A DNA stretch of 64,000 nt from an uncultured Planctomycetaceae bacterium (GTDB taxonomy: Bacteria > Planctomycetota > Planctomycetia > Isosphaerales > Isosphaeraceae). The notes under the pieces were generated by a model. It was not told the origin of the DNA, made no database searches, and saw nothing but the letters and a program-made list of their open reading frames with translations. Made by a program: the position numbers and the translations under genes. The stretch's first letter is position 1. Each line of letters starts with the position of its first letter. Of the stretch, positions 17,432 to 27,875 are shown in pieces. Where the stretch lies: the NCBI GenBank assembly GCA_963833985.1, contig CAWIAD010000001.1:1-64000 (forward strand), given 5' to 3'.

Positions 17432-19004
17432 ATGTTCAAGTCCCTGAAAGTCGTACGCCTCGCTGCCGGCGCGGCCGCGGTGCTTTTGGGAGGATTTGCC
17501 GCGCCGGCGTGGGCGACTTACGGCGGAGGAGCCTGCCACCGCTGCGCCTCCCGCTCCCGTGGTCGCGACGCAGGTCAACGTCGTCAGTCTGGCGCCCCAG
17601 GTTGAAACCGTTTACCAGACCGTCTATGAGACGGTCTACGAGACGGAAGCCGTCACCGCGATGGAGACGCGCTACCGCACGGCCTACCAGACGGAAAACT
17701 ACACGGTCTCCCGGCCGGTCTGGGAAACCTCGTTCGTGGACCGCAAATACACCGTACAGCGCCCGGTCTACCAGACCGAGAAGCGGGAGCGGCGGTACAC
17801 GGTGCAGCGCCCCGTCTACCAGACCGAGAAACGGGAACGACGCTACACCGTGCAACGGCCGGTGTACCAGACCGTCAATACCGAGCGCCGCTACACCGTG
17901 ATGCGCCCGGTCACGAAGACGCAGCAGATGGAGCGGCGGTACACGGTGCAGCGCCCCGTGTACCAGACCGAGAAGCGGGAGCGGCGGTATACGGTGCAGC
18001 GGCCCGTGTACCAGACCGAGAAAAGGGAGCGCCGTTACAACGTGATGCGGCCGGTGTACCAGACGTCCAGCCAGGAGCGCCGCTACACGGTGATGAAGCC
18101 CGTGACCGAGACCGTCATGGTGGACCAGCCGTACACGGTCTGCCGCCCGGTCACCACGGTCCGGGAAGAGACCGTCGAGTGCGGTTACTACGAGCGTCAA
18201 TACACCACGGTTCCCGGGCCCGTGGTGGAGCGCAGGGTCCGCGTGCCGGTGCAGGAATGCGATCTCTGCGGTGAAGAGCGGCGCGGACTGTTCGGCTGCT
18301 TGCACCAGAAGAAGGTGACCGCGACCGTGGCCGTCCAGTGCCCCCCGAGAACCGTCAGCCAGCGGGTCTGGGTTTCCCGGCCGGTGACCCGGGAAGTCAG
18401 CGAGACCCGCTACGTCCGCGAGACGATGGTGCGGCAGATTCCGGTGACCCAGTGCCGGTATATTCGCGAGGAGCGCGTCGAGAACATCCCCGTGACGACC
18501 TGCCGCTACGTGACCGAGGAGCGGGTTGAACCCTATGAGGTTCAGACGTGCCAGCTCGTGGCCGAGGAGCGCGTCGAGCCGTACGAGGTCCAGACCTGTC
18601 GCTATGTCGCGGAGGAGCGCGTGGAGCCGTACCAGGTGCGGACCTGCGAGCTGGTCGCCGAGGAGAAGGTGGAGAGGATCCCCGTGACGACGTGCAGCTA
18701 TGTCTCGGAGGAGCGGGTTGAACCTTATGAGGTTCAGACGTGCCAGCTCGTGGCCGAGGAGCGCGTCGAGCCGTATGAGGTCCAGACCTGCCAGCTCGTG
18801 GCCGAGGAACGGGTCGAGAAGGTCCCGGTGCGGACGTGCCGCATGGTCCAGGAGACCGCCTCGCGCCAGGTTCCCGTGTGCGTTGCCGAGCAGGTTCCGG
18901 TGACGGTCAACCGCGTCGTCGCCCGGCAGGTTCCCCGGACAATCGCCGTGCAGCAGTGCACCCTGGTGCCGGTTGTCACACCCACCTGCCTCACCTGCCA
19001 GTGA
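17432..19004 (+). CDS. Secreted YTV-repeat protein (frameshift at about 17545, probably an assembly error)
   Basis: AGGAG RBS and ATG 17432 give a signal peptide (MFKSLKVVRLAAGAAAVLLGGFAAPAWA); continues in the +1 frame into 16-aa YTV repeats and Cys/Glu-rich repeats. Confidence 0.88.
17700..18880 (+). repeat. Two coding tandem arrays of 48-bp units
   Basis: About 10 x YTVQRPVYQTEKRERR (about 17700-18180) and about 10 x QTCQLVAEERVEPYEV (about 18400-18880), varying mainly at synonymous sites. Confidence 0.9.
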
Positions 19005-19030
19005 GCTGCCAGCGTTGTGCGTCAAGCGAG

Positions 19031-19069
19031 CGCGGCGTCCCCATCGGAACGGGTCGCCGCGTTTTTTTT
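19031..19069 (+). terminator. Rho-independent terminator
   Basis: CGCGGCG...CGCCGCG stem followed by T8. Confidence 0.85.
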
Positions 19070-19146
19070 CTCGCGGGCGAAGCTCAGGGAGGCCGCGGCG
19101 CGCCGGCCCGGCGTGCGCAGGGGCCACCTGTCTTCGCGGCGGTGAG

Positions 19147-19638
19147 TCAATCCCTCAGATCGATGTCCACCCGGGTCGGCTCCTTTTCCAGGATCACCCA
19201 CAGTTTGGAGGTCTCCGGATGGTGGAAGCGTTCGGGCACGGGAAAGGGGGTGGTCACTTCCTCTTCAACCTCATCGGCCCCGGCCGCTTCGCCGAATCGT
19301 CCCAGCTTCTTGAAACGGCGGCGTGCTGGCTGGGGTGTCAGGAAGATCTGGAACTCACCCGGCTCCATTCCGGTGACCCCGGAATCGTTGGCAAGCACGG
19401 TGTACTTGCCGTCGTCGGCGATTGCGGCAGCACCCCAGTTTGACTTGTTGCCCGCGATCGGCATGAAGATCACCACGCCGCCGGGCAGCGGCCTGCCGTT
19501 ATAGGTCACCCGTCCCCAGACCAGCAAGTTCGTGGACGTGGCCGGCATGTCGGCGCAGCCGGGGGCGGCCAGCAGGGCTGCCAGGACCGTCACCGCAACA
19601 ATCCCGCCCCGCACTGAATTGCTGATGGACAGACACAT
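19147..19638 (-). CDS. Planctomycete-type lipoprotein with carboxypeptidase-regulatory-like beta domain
   Basis: Lipobox APGC; GRVTYNGRPL, GMEPGEF, VPERF-x-PETSKL. Confidence 0.75.
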   Translation of the reverse strand: MCLSISNSVRGGIVAVTVLAALLAAPGCADMPATSTNLLVWGRVTYNGRPLPGGVVIFMPIAGNKSNWGAAAIADDGKYTVLANDSGVTGMEPGEFQIFLTPQPARRRFKKLGRFGEAAGADEVEEEVTTPFPVPERFHHPETSKLWVILEKEPTRVDIDLRD

Positions 19639-19812
19639 GGACGTCTTCCGCAACCTGGCATCGTGCCAGCTCAGGTTCGCCGTTTCCAGGCCGATCCGCA
19701 CATCGCGGAGCCGGCCTCTACCCAAAACTACGGAGCGCGGGTGACCCGGTCAAGAACCCGACGGGGAGCGTGGCCCGCGGCCAGCGCCCGGGCCGTCTGG
19801 CAGGCGAGGGGC

Positions 19813-20541
19813 TCATCCCCGCGCAATGAGCATGGATTCCAGGGGCCCGAAGTCGAGCAGCTCATCGCCGGTGCTGGCCAGACAGTGCAGCGATCCCCGC
19901 GGCCACGGGGTGGGAATCCGTAGCGAGGCGACGTCGAGCCCGGCGGCATTACCGGAGAAGGCCGGCAGGATGATCCGCCCCGCCCCGGCAAGGAAACAGG
20001 GGGCACCATGCCCGGAGACTCGCAGCACCGGGTGCAGGTGGCCGGAGATGAGCCGCTCGGCGGAAACGCGGCGATGACCGTGCGCGATGGTCCAGCCGCC
20101 AACTTCCAGAGCGCTATTGTGCACGGTCATGCTCGCCGGTGCGCCGGGGCTCCGCGTCCGGTGCGGCCAGGCGATACTGCGGTCGTGATTGCCCTCGATC
20201 AGCTCGAGCCGCACCTTGCGCTGTTGCAGCCATGCGTCCAGCCGATCGAGATCGGCGGCCGTTCGCGTGCAGGGCCGCGCGGACTCCACGAGGTCGCCTG
20301 CCACCACCAGCCGGTCGATGGCGCACCGCGCGAGCAGCCGTTCCAGCTTTTCCAGGCACTCGGCGAGCGAATGCGCCGGCACGCAATCGCCCGCGGCTCC
20401 CCGTGCCCATTCGTAGCCCAGGTGAACGTCGGCGATGACGGCCACACGCTCACCCGGGTGAATGGCTCCCCCTTCGGGCGTGAGCCGCCAGCCGTCCACG
20501 GCCAGTGTTCCTGCATCCAGGCCGGCATCAGAGCGCATCAT
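19813..20541 (-). CDS. Metallophosphoesterase (Lhr-associated MPE-like)
   Basis: ADVHLG, GDL, GNHD, HGH, GHLHP, LPAF. Confidence 0.9.
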   Translation of the reverse strand: MMRSDAGLDAGTLAVDGWRLTPEGGAIHPGERVAVIADVHLGYEWARGAAGDCVPAHSLAECLEKLERLLARCAIDRLVVAGDLVESARPCTRTAADLDRLDAWLQQRKVRLELIEGNHDRSIAWPHRTRSPGAPASMTVHNSALEVGGWTIAHGHRRVSAERLISGHLHPVLRVSGHGAPCFLAGAGRIILPAFSGNAAGLDVASLRIPTPWPRGSLHCLASTGDELLDFGPLESMLIARG

Positions 20542-23176
20542 GCGACATCTCCCGCCCGAGCCTGAAGCAACCGCGCGTGCAGCCGGCGGAGTGCCTCGGC
20601 CGGTGATTCGAACTGCACGGGCTCGTCGGCCGCCGGGCTGATCCAGGCCGCGGCGAACGGCGAAAGCTGGGGCAGCACGCGCCAGCGCAGCTCCGGTCCC
20701 GATTTCAGCCAGCGGACGGCCGATGGCAGGTCCAGCAGGTCGTGCAGCACTTCCCGGCGGGTCTCCACCAGCAGCGGGTGATGCGGGCAGGCCGCCTTCA
20801 CCAGCGGATAGAGCCGGCTGCTGACCCAGTCCATGCCCCCGACCCGCACCCGCCTGCCCGGTTCCGGGTTACGCAGGACCAGCAACCCCGTGGCCGCAAT
20901 GTAGCGGAACCTCCGGGCGGGCAGGTCGCCACGGTCCAGGCCCTCGAGCACGTCCTCCTCCAGGTGTTCCAGGCTCAGCAGAACGCTCAGCTCGTCGCGG
21001 GCGAGCGCGGACCCCTCGGGCAAGCGGATCGACCAGCCCAGATCGGCGGCCTGGATCGCGAGATCGCGGCCGAACCTGCGGCCCAGGCGGGCTGCCGTGG
21101 CCCGGGCGAGTGCCTCGCACGCCGCGCGGTTGAGCGGCGCGTGGAACGTGTACACCAGTCCCGGCTCATCAGCAGACGGGCATTCCTCGACCAGCAGGTG
21201 GGCCGGGCCGGGAACCTCGCTGGTGCGCTCCTGGGCCTCGATGATCTCGGCGATCACTCCCGCAACCCGGGCGTTCACCTGGAGGGCCTCGATGAGCCAG
21301 CCGTGCAGGGCCAGCGGCCCCCCGCGCGTCAATCGCCGGGCGGCCCGGGCTCGAAACCCGGCGACTTCCTCGGCAAGCTGCGAGGAGAGGGATTGCCGGT
21401 CACTGTGCCAGATGGGCAGGCCCGGCTCGGCCCCGCCCGCGCGCGCCTGGATCACCGCGCCGGCGCACGGCGGAACTCCAGCGAGCGGCCATCAAGGACG
21501 AAGCGGTCGCCAAGCGCCAGGCGATCGGCATAGGCGCCATCGAGCGTGCCGATGGCCACGCCGTCGAGCATCACCCGGACGGTCTCCTCGGTTGAGATCG
21601 TCCCCACGTTCATCCAGAACCAGCGGACGACGCGCGGGCCGCGCACGCCAAAGCGGCCGTTTCGCTTCCAGATCCGGGGTGACGACCAGCGCGGGGCGGC
21701 GCCGGGCTCGGGCTCGTAGGCACCCGGAGGGGCGGCCAGCTCGCCCGCCAGAAAATCGAGGCACGAGTCAAAATCCGGGCGCGCCAGGCTGGCCATCGGA
21801 CCGGCCCTGCGGAAGAGCGCGAACGCGTCCTCGACGGCGCATTCTCCGGCACAGGCCATTGCCAGCAACTGCTGGCATACCACGTCGAGCGGGGACTCGA
21901 TCATGCGTAACGGCTCGAGCCGGCCCGTGCGAGCCGCCCGCGCCGTGACGACCGCGCCGACGGCCTCGGCCGCGGTGGCCGCCAGGATGAGACCGCGTGA
22001 GACCGCCCCCAGGCGATGCCCTGACCGGCCTACCCGCTGCACGCACCGCGCCACGCCGCCGGGAAGCCCCACCTGGACCGTGAGGTCTGCCGTGCCGATA
22101 TCCACCCCCAGCTCCAGGCTCGTGCTCGACACGACGGCCCTGAGCTTGCCGTCCCTGAGCAGCGATTCGACCGTCCGCCGTCGGCTGGCATCGAGGGCCG
22201 AGTGGTGGGCCGCCACCGCGGGCCCTGCCAGGCCAGCCTGCTCGTCGTCCTCCGTGCGGGGCACCAGGCCCCTCGGGTCGTGTTTCAGGTCGTGGGTGAT
22301 CTTCTCGGTGAAGGGCCGCGTATTGGCGAAGATGACCGTGGTCCGGTTCTCCTTCATCAGTTGCCGTAGCCGGCGGATCAGGCGGCGGTAGCTCAGTCCG
22401 CGATGAACGGCCTCGCCGGGCTCGACAAGCGTCTCGACGTCGATTTCCATGGGCGGCGATCCCGTCGGCACTGGCGCTTCGAGCACGCGGCAGTTGCGTT
22501 CCGGACCTACCAGGAACCGGGCGACCGGCTCGGCAGGTTTGCACGTGGCCGAGAGGCCCACGCGGCAAGGATCACGCCGGGCTGCCGCAGCCAGCCGCTC
22601 CAGCGAGACGGCCAGGTCGGCCCCGCGCTTCGTGGGCACCAATGAGTGCACCTCGTCAACGATCACGTGCTCGACGTCGCGCCAGTGCTCGGCCCAGCGT
22701 CTCTGGCTCAGCAGCAGCGACAGGCTCTCCGGAGTGGTGATGAGGATATGCGGGGGCTCGTCGCGCAGCTTGCGGCGGAAGTAGGGCGACGTATCTCCGG
22801 TGCGGACGCCCACGCCGATCCGCCCCTCATCCATTCCCAGGAGCTGCTCGATGCCTCGAAGCGGACCGGCCAGGTTGCGTTCGATGTCGTAGCCCAGGCT
22901 CCGCAGGGGCGAGATGTAAACGCACCGCAGCCCGGGCACGAGTGTTCCCGCGACGTGGTCGCGCACAAGCCGGTCGACGACCGCCAGGAACCCGGAGAGG
23001 GTCTTGCCGGTTCCTGTGGGCGAGACCAGCAGCGTGTGCTCACCCCGGGCGATCACCGGCCAGGCCAGGCACTGCGCAGGGGTTGGCCCTGCTGGAAACG
23101 CGCGGGCGAACCAGTCCTGCACTGGCCGTGAGAGCAGCGTGAGCGCATCCTCTGCTGCCGGATCAATCGTTTGCAT
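20538..23176 (-). CDS. lhr: Lhr-core-like DEAD/DEAH helicase (frameshift at about 21465)
   Basis: PTGTGKT, TPESL, DEVH, LSAT, HHS, SLELGVD, QRVGRSGH; the C-terminal region continues in ORF 20538-21455. Confidence 0.88.
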
Positions 23177-23358
23177 CCTGGCAAGGGTGGGGCGTCCTGA
23201 ACCCACCGTCTCCTTCTGACCGGAACGTCTCTCTTGAGGCCGTGAATGCGGCCCCTGGGCGGTCAGAGGGTATGTTAACCCATCTTGTCGTCACCTGGAA
23301 ATGGTGTGCCGCCTGGCGGACGCTCGGGATTCGGCAAGCCGTGCAGGGAGCAGCAGGC

Positions 23359-24141
23359 TCAGCCCCTGCTCGCCTGCGAGGCCAGCGCGCGCAGCCATAC
23401 CTGGTCGTCGGGATCCTGCACCAGGTCGACTGCCGCGCCGTAGCGAATCAGCGACTGGTAGCGGCCTTGCTCGTAGGCCCGGGCCGCGAGCGGAGCAAGT
23501 TCGAGATTGAGGTCCGGATCAGGCGTTGCAAGCGGAACCGGAATGGACGGCAGCGCCCGGCGGATCGACCAGGCGTAGACGTCGGAGTACGCGCGATTGC
23601 CGGCCCGCGTGACAAAGGCGTAATAGTCGCCGGGCGGCAAGGGCCAGCCCGGCAGCCGGTGGCCGCCCAGCAGCAGGTCGATCTCCACGAGGTTCACCGG
23701 CTGGTCGAGCAATTCGTTCCGCTTCTCCAGGTAATCCAGGCGTCCGAGCCCGGACTTGCTGGTGGGCGAAAGGACCTTGAGGACAGTCACCAGGGAGAGG
23801 TCGGGCAGTCGCCTGATCTCGATCCAGCGCTCGCGCACCTCGTCGAGGTCCTTGCGTGCCAGCGGGACCGCGACCGGCTCCAGCGTGGCGACGCCAGACG
23901 GCTGGGTAGGAACGGCCGTCGCGTGCTCGCCGCGGGCGATCGAGACGTCCGGGCGGCAGCCGGCATGGACGTCACCCGTGAGCTCGACAAGGCTGATTCG
24001 CTCTTCCATCAAGGCTGCATAATGTCCAGGAAGCCGCTGATTGAGCGCCTCCCGACAGTACGTGAGCATGCTCGTATGGAAGTCGGGCCAGAACCCCTGG
24101 CTCTCCAGAAACGGGTCCATTCCGGGAAAAGGGCTGGGCAT
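23359..24141 (-). CDS. DUF4058 family protein
   Basis: MPSPFPGMDPFLE N-terminus; VLSPTSK; LVEIDLL. Confidence 0.9.
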   Translation of the reverse strand: MPSPFPGMDPFLESQGFWPDFHTSMLTYCREALNQRLPGHYAALMEERISLVELTGDVHAGCRPDVSIARGEHATAVPTQPSGVATLEPVAVPLARKDLDEVRERWIEIRRLPDLSLVTVLKVLSPTSKSGLGRLDYLEKRNELLDQPVNLVEIDLLLGGHRLPGWPLPPGDYYAFVTRAGNRAYSDVYAWSIRRALPSIPVPLATPDPDLNLELAPLAARAYEQGRYQSLIRYGAAVDLVQDPDDQVWLRALASQASRG

Positions 24142-24202
24142 GGTCGCGATCGCTCCGCTCTCCTGGAGTGGAAAACCACACGGACCATTGTACTGAGCGG
24201 CC

Positions 24203-24535
24203 TCATACCAGGACGAGCAGACAGACCGCCAGCACCACGACGCTGACGACGGCGAGCAGCCCGGCCGGCATGAACTTGCGCGTCTTCACCGCGAAGCGGT
24301 AGCCGAAGAAGCCCGCCAGATGCAGTGCCACCAGGGCGCCGATCACCATGCCCAGCGCCGCGCTCCGCATTGAAAGGAAGAGCGATAGCAGGGCGGCCAC
24401 GGCGCTGCCCAGACCGGCGATGAGCGAGGGGCGGCTCCCCGCCTTCGTGTAGCCGATGATTCCGCCCACCGCCAGCAAGACGGCGTAAACTCCGAGGGTA
24501 ACTTGACCTGCGGCCAGGCTGATCATGGTCTGCAA
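24203..24535 (-). CDS. TMEM14 family small membrane protein
   Basis: YAVLLAVGGIIGYTKAGSRPSLIAG...KFMPAG. Confidence 0.88.
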   Translation of the reverse strand: MQTMISLAAGQVTLGVYAVLLAVGGIIGYTKAGSRPSLIAGLGSAVAALLSLFLSMRSAALGMVIGALVALHLAGFFGYRFAVKTRKFMPAGLLAVVSVVVLAVCLLVLV

Positions 24536-24668
24536 CTCGCGATGGGGATTGACGGTCGCTGCGTCGGTGTCTATGGCAATGTCGAGGCGGGACCGCTTCG
24601 AGGTTCATCGTTGCATGGTCTTGCCGCCGGTCATGAACCAATCTACCTCAAGTTCGCGGAGCCCTCCA

Positions 24669-25361
24669 ATGCTCGCCACTCGAATCTTGCTGCTTTTCTT
24701 GTTCACCGGTCTGGCTGCCCTGGGAGTGCTGGCGGACCCGGCGCGCGGTCAGGAAACGGGTCCCGAAAAAGAGCCGAAGCCCGCTGCGCACCCGCAGCGC
24801 CTGCGGCCGGCCGACAGCGATGCGCCGCTGCCGGAAGGCTGGCCGGGCGCAACCGAGCCAGGCAAAATTGAGGTCAAGCACTATCCGGCCTACCGCAGCG
24901 CGGTGGCTCGGGCCAAGGGCGCATCGCTTGCCGCGGACAACGTGCTCTTCTTCACACTGTTCAACCACATCAGCAAGAGCCACATCGAGATGACCGCCCC
25001 GGTCGTGAATACCTACGCCACGCCCACGATGATCGAGGAGCCCAGGGGTACCGGCGAGATGACCATGGAGTTCCTCTATCGCAGCACCCAGCAGGGACAG
25101 GCGGGCAAGGGCGTGGGCGCCGTGGTGGTCAAGGATCATCCTGCCGAGACTTTCGTCTGCCTGGGCATCCTGGGCCGCATGGACGATGCCACGCTGCGCG
25201 ACGCCGTGACGAAACTGCACGCCTGGCTCGACCGGGCAGAGCACAAGCAGGCCTGGGTGCAGGCGGGTCCGCCGCGCCGGCTTGGCTACCACGGCCCCAT
25301 GACACCGGCAGCCGAGCGCCGCTGGGAACTGCAAATCCCGATCAGGCCAGCCGGCCGCTGA
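24669..25361 (+). CDS. Exported SOUL-family heme-binding protein
   Basis: Signal peptide; IEVKHYPAYR, LFNHI, IEMTAPV, MEFLY, E(L)QIP. Confidence 0.85.
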   Translation: MLATRILLLFLFTGLAALGVLADPARGQETGPEKEPKPAAHPQRLRPADSDAPLPEGWPGATEPGKIEVKHYPAYRSAVARAKGASLAADNVLFFTLFNHISKSHIEMTAPVVNTYATPTMIEEPRGTGEMTMEFLYRSTQQGQAGKGVGAVVVKDHPAETFVCLGILGRMDDATLRDAVTKLHAWLDRAEHKQAWVQAGPPRRLGYHGPMTPAAERRWELQIPIRPAGR

Positions 25362-25394
25362 GCTGTCGTCTCAGGTGTGAGGATCAGAAAAATG

Positions 25395-25470
25395 TCGCGG
25401 AACGGGAAGCGGCCGTGCGAGGCTTTTGCCGTTGTGGCGAGCCGAGGCACACGACCGTCCCGTTCCGCGA
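25395..25470. other. Long imperfect hairpin between convergent genes
   Basis: Perfect 13-bp outer stem TCGCGGAACGGGA / TCCCGTTCCGCGA plus inner CGGCCGTG / CACGACCG. Confidence 0.6.
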
Positions 25471-25531
25471 TTTACGCCTTGAATTTGCAGGGGAAGCCCA
25501 GCCGATGCAGCCACTGACCTGGTCGATCGGA

Positions 25532-26113
25532 TCAGGGCGTGCCGGCAGAAGGCTCGGGATTGCCGCCTGGCGGAGGCGGCTGCGGAACCTGGCCGCCGCC
25601 GGGAATCGGGGGCGCCGGAGCTCCCACGCCTGGGGGAGGAGCCAGTGCTCCACCGCCGCCGGGCGGTAGGTTGCCTGGTGCCGCGACGCCGGGGGCCATG
25701 CCAGGCGGCGGAGGCGGTGCGGGCACGCCGGGCGCGCCCGGCAGTCCGGGAACCGTGCTGAGCGGGCTGTTATTGACGTCGGTCGGCCGGCCGAGCTGGT
25801 TCTGGAATGGGCTCAGGGCGCCGGGGCCGGCCGGCTGGACAAACGCGCCTGGCGGTGGCGGCGGCTCGATACCCATGGCACGCATCCGGCTTCGCTGCGT
25901 GGCGGCCTGGGTGTTGGCCCACGGGAAGTCCGGCCCGGACGGGAAGTATTGAACGTCGTCGTGCATGTACTTACCAGAAGGCAAGGTCATGCCCGCGTAT
26001 TCCACCTGGCAGCCGACCGAGGGCAAGATACAGCCCACCGCCAGCGCAGACCAGAGCGCCACCCGGCGTCTTGTCGTGGCACTTCGCGGCGATCCTCTGC
26101 GGGGCAACCCCAT
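25532..26113 (-). CDS. Hypothetical lipoprotein with Pro/Gly-rich tail
   Basis: SVGC lipobox-like motif then GMTLPSGKYMHDDVQYFP; GGAGG RBS. Confidence 0.75.
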   Translation of the reverse strand: MGLPRRGSPRSATTRRRVALWSALAVGCILPSVGCQVEYAGMTLPSGKYMHDDVQYFPSGPDFPWANTQAATQRSRMRAMGIEPPPPPGAFVQPAGPGALSPFQNQLGRPTDVNNSPLSTVPGLPGAPGVPAPPPPPGMAPGVAAPGNLPPGGGGALAPPPGVGAPAPPIPGGGQVPQPPPPGGNPEPSAGTP

Positions 26114-26433
26114 TGTTTCCACCCTCCTTGGCGTCTTCGACGGTCCCTCTGACCCGTTCTGGAAGGGAGCTTGACCGCCGTGGGGAGTCCTTGGTTTGTT
26201 CCCGCCCAACCGGATGCGACAATCTCTCCTTGCGGCACAGCCGGACGCATCTTCGGGCGCTGGCTGTGACTTCTCGGCCGCACAGTGCGGTCGTCGGGCT
26301 TCTGACTTGGTTATGAAATCGGCCGGATGACCCGTCCAGGCCCAATGATTCCGCCAGTTTCGACAAAATGCGTCTTGACGGCAGGGACCGGGTTGCACGG
26401 TTTTCCCATCCAGTGAGTCAAATAAGGACGGCT

Positions 26434-27336
26434 ATGCGGCTGGATCAACGCACGGCGCAGTTATTTGGCCTATCCCGCCGTGCCGCGGCCATGGCGATCC
26501 AGCAAGGGCAGGTCGATCTCGACGGTGAGCCGTGCTCCGACCCCGCCCGGGAAGTCCTGCCGTCTTCCCTGGTTGCGTACCAGCGGAACCGCCCCCGCGC
26601 CGGGACGCTGGCGCGCCGCCTGGAGGTACTTCATGAAGACCCGCACATCCTGGTCGTGAACAAGCCGGCCGGAGTGCTCACCCAGCCCACGGCAGCACGG
26701 GAGCGCGATACGCTGGTCGAACGCGTGAGCCGGTATCTTGCTCGCAAGCATCATCAGAAAAGACCGTACGTGGGAATTGTGCATCGCCTGGACAAGGACA
26801 CCTCCGGTGCCGTGCTGGTGGTCGTCCACGCCCGGTCTCTTCGGAGCTTCCAGGATCTGTTCCGGTCACACGTCGTGGACCGCCGTTACCTGGGAATCGT
26901 CGAGGGCGTCTTGCTCTCGGCCTCGGGGCGGATCGACTTACCGCTGGTCAGCGACCGCGGCGACGGCCGGCGCGGGGTGTCGCGCGAGCGTTCCGGCGGG
27001 GTCTCCGCCGTGACTCATTACCAGGTCCTCGAAACGTTCGGCCAGGTTGCAACCCTCGTCGCGTGCCGGCTCGAGACCGGGCGAACCCATCAGATCCGCA
27101 TCCATCTCGCCGAGATCGGCCATCCGATCATCGGCGACGCAGTGTATCGCGACCGCAAACGTCCTCCCTTCCCGGTTCCGTTCGCCCGCCAGGCGCTGCA
27201 CGCCGAGAGCCTGGAGCTGGTGCATCCCCTCAGTCATGAGACCATCCGGGCCCAGGCCGCCCTTCCCCCGGACATGGCCCAGCATCTGATACTCCTGCGC
27301 GCCCGGTTCGGCTCCTCGGTTCATGAGAGTCGCTAA
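26434..27336 (+). CDS. RluA/RluD-family pseudouridine synthase
   Basis: S4-like MRLD; VNKPAG; HRLDKDTSG; LETGRTHQIRIH; QALHA. Confidence 0.95.
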   Translation: MRLDQRTAQLFGLSRRAAAMAIQQGQVDLDGEPCSDPAREVLPSSLVAYQRNRPRAGTLARRLEVLHEDPHILVVNKPAGVLTQPTAARERDTLVERVSRYLARKHHQKRPYVGIVHRLDKDTSGAVLVVVHARSLRSFQDLFRSHVVDRRYLGIVEGVLLSASGRIDLPLVSDRGDGRRGVSRERSGGVSAVTHYQVLETFGQVATLVACRLETGRTHQIRIHLAEIGHPIIGDAVYRDRKRPPFPVPFARQALHAESLELVHPLSHETIRAQAALPPDMAQHLILLRARFGSSVHESR

Positions 27337-27479
27337 CAAACCTCGGAGCGGCAGGGAGGACAGGAACAGGAGAAAAGGAACGGTCTGTCAATGATCCAAC
27401 GACGATTGGCTGGCCATCGCCCGATTCCTGCCCGGAGGTGCACCTGCTGACTTCGATCGATTCTTGGCTGTCGCTGTGG

Positions 27480-27875
27480 TCACGCGAGATTGAGCTGCCA
27501 GGACACACCAAAGCGGTCCCGGACCCAGCCGAACCGGGCGCTGAAGCCGTAGTTCCCGAGCGGCATCAGGACAGATCCGCCGTTGGCGAGCGCGTGGAAG
27601 ACCCGGTCGATCTCCGCCTCGCTCTGGCAGTCGGCAAAGAGCGACATCGCGGGGGTGAACGTGAAGTCGTGATGGATGGGGCTGTCGATGCAAAGCAACT
27701 CCTGCCCGCACAGCCGGAAGGTCGCGAGCCGCACGGTCCCCTCGGCTCCCGGCCCTGCGGCGTCGTAGCGTTCGAGCCGCTCGATGGCGGACCCATCAAA
27801 CAGCCCCACGTAGAATTTCATCGCCGCTTCGGCTGCGCCCTCAAACATGAGGTGCGTTCGGATTGCGTGGGCCAT
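27480..27875 (-). CDS. VOC/PhnB-like protein
   Basis: LMFEGAAEAAMKFY, FTFTPAMS, FGWVRDRFGVSWQ. Confidence 0.9.
   Translation of the reverse strand: MAHAIRTHLMFEGAAEAAMKFYVGLFDGSAIERLERYDAAGPGAEGTVRLATFRLCGQELLCIDSPIHHDFTFTPAMSLFADCQSEAEIDRVFHALANGGSVLMPLGNYGFSARFGWVRDRFGVSWQLNLA

Noticed and set aside
17700..18880. Regular 48-bp repeats as a CRISPR array
   Set aside because: No unique spacers; units are in frame and vary at synonymous positions; no cas genes
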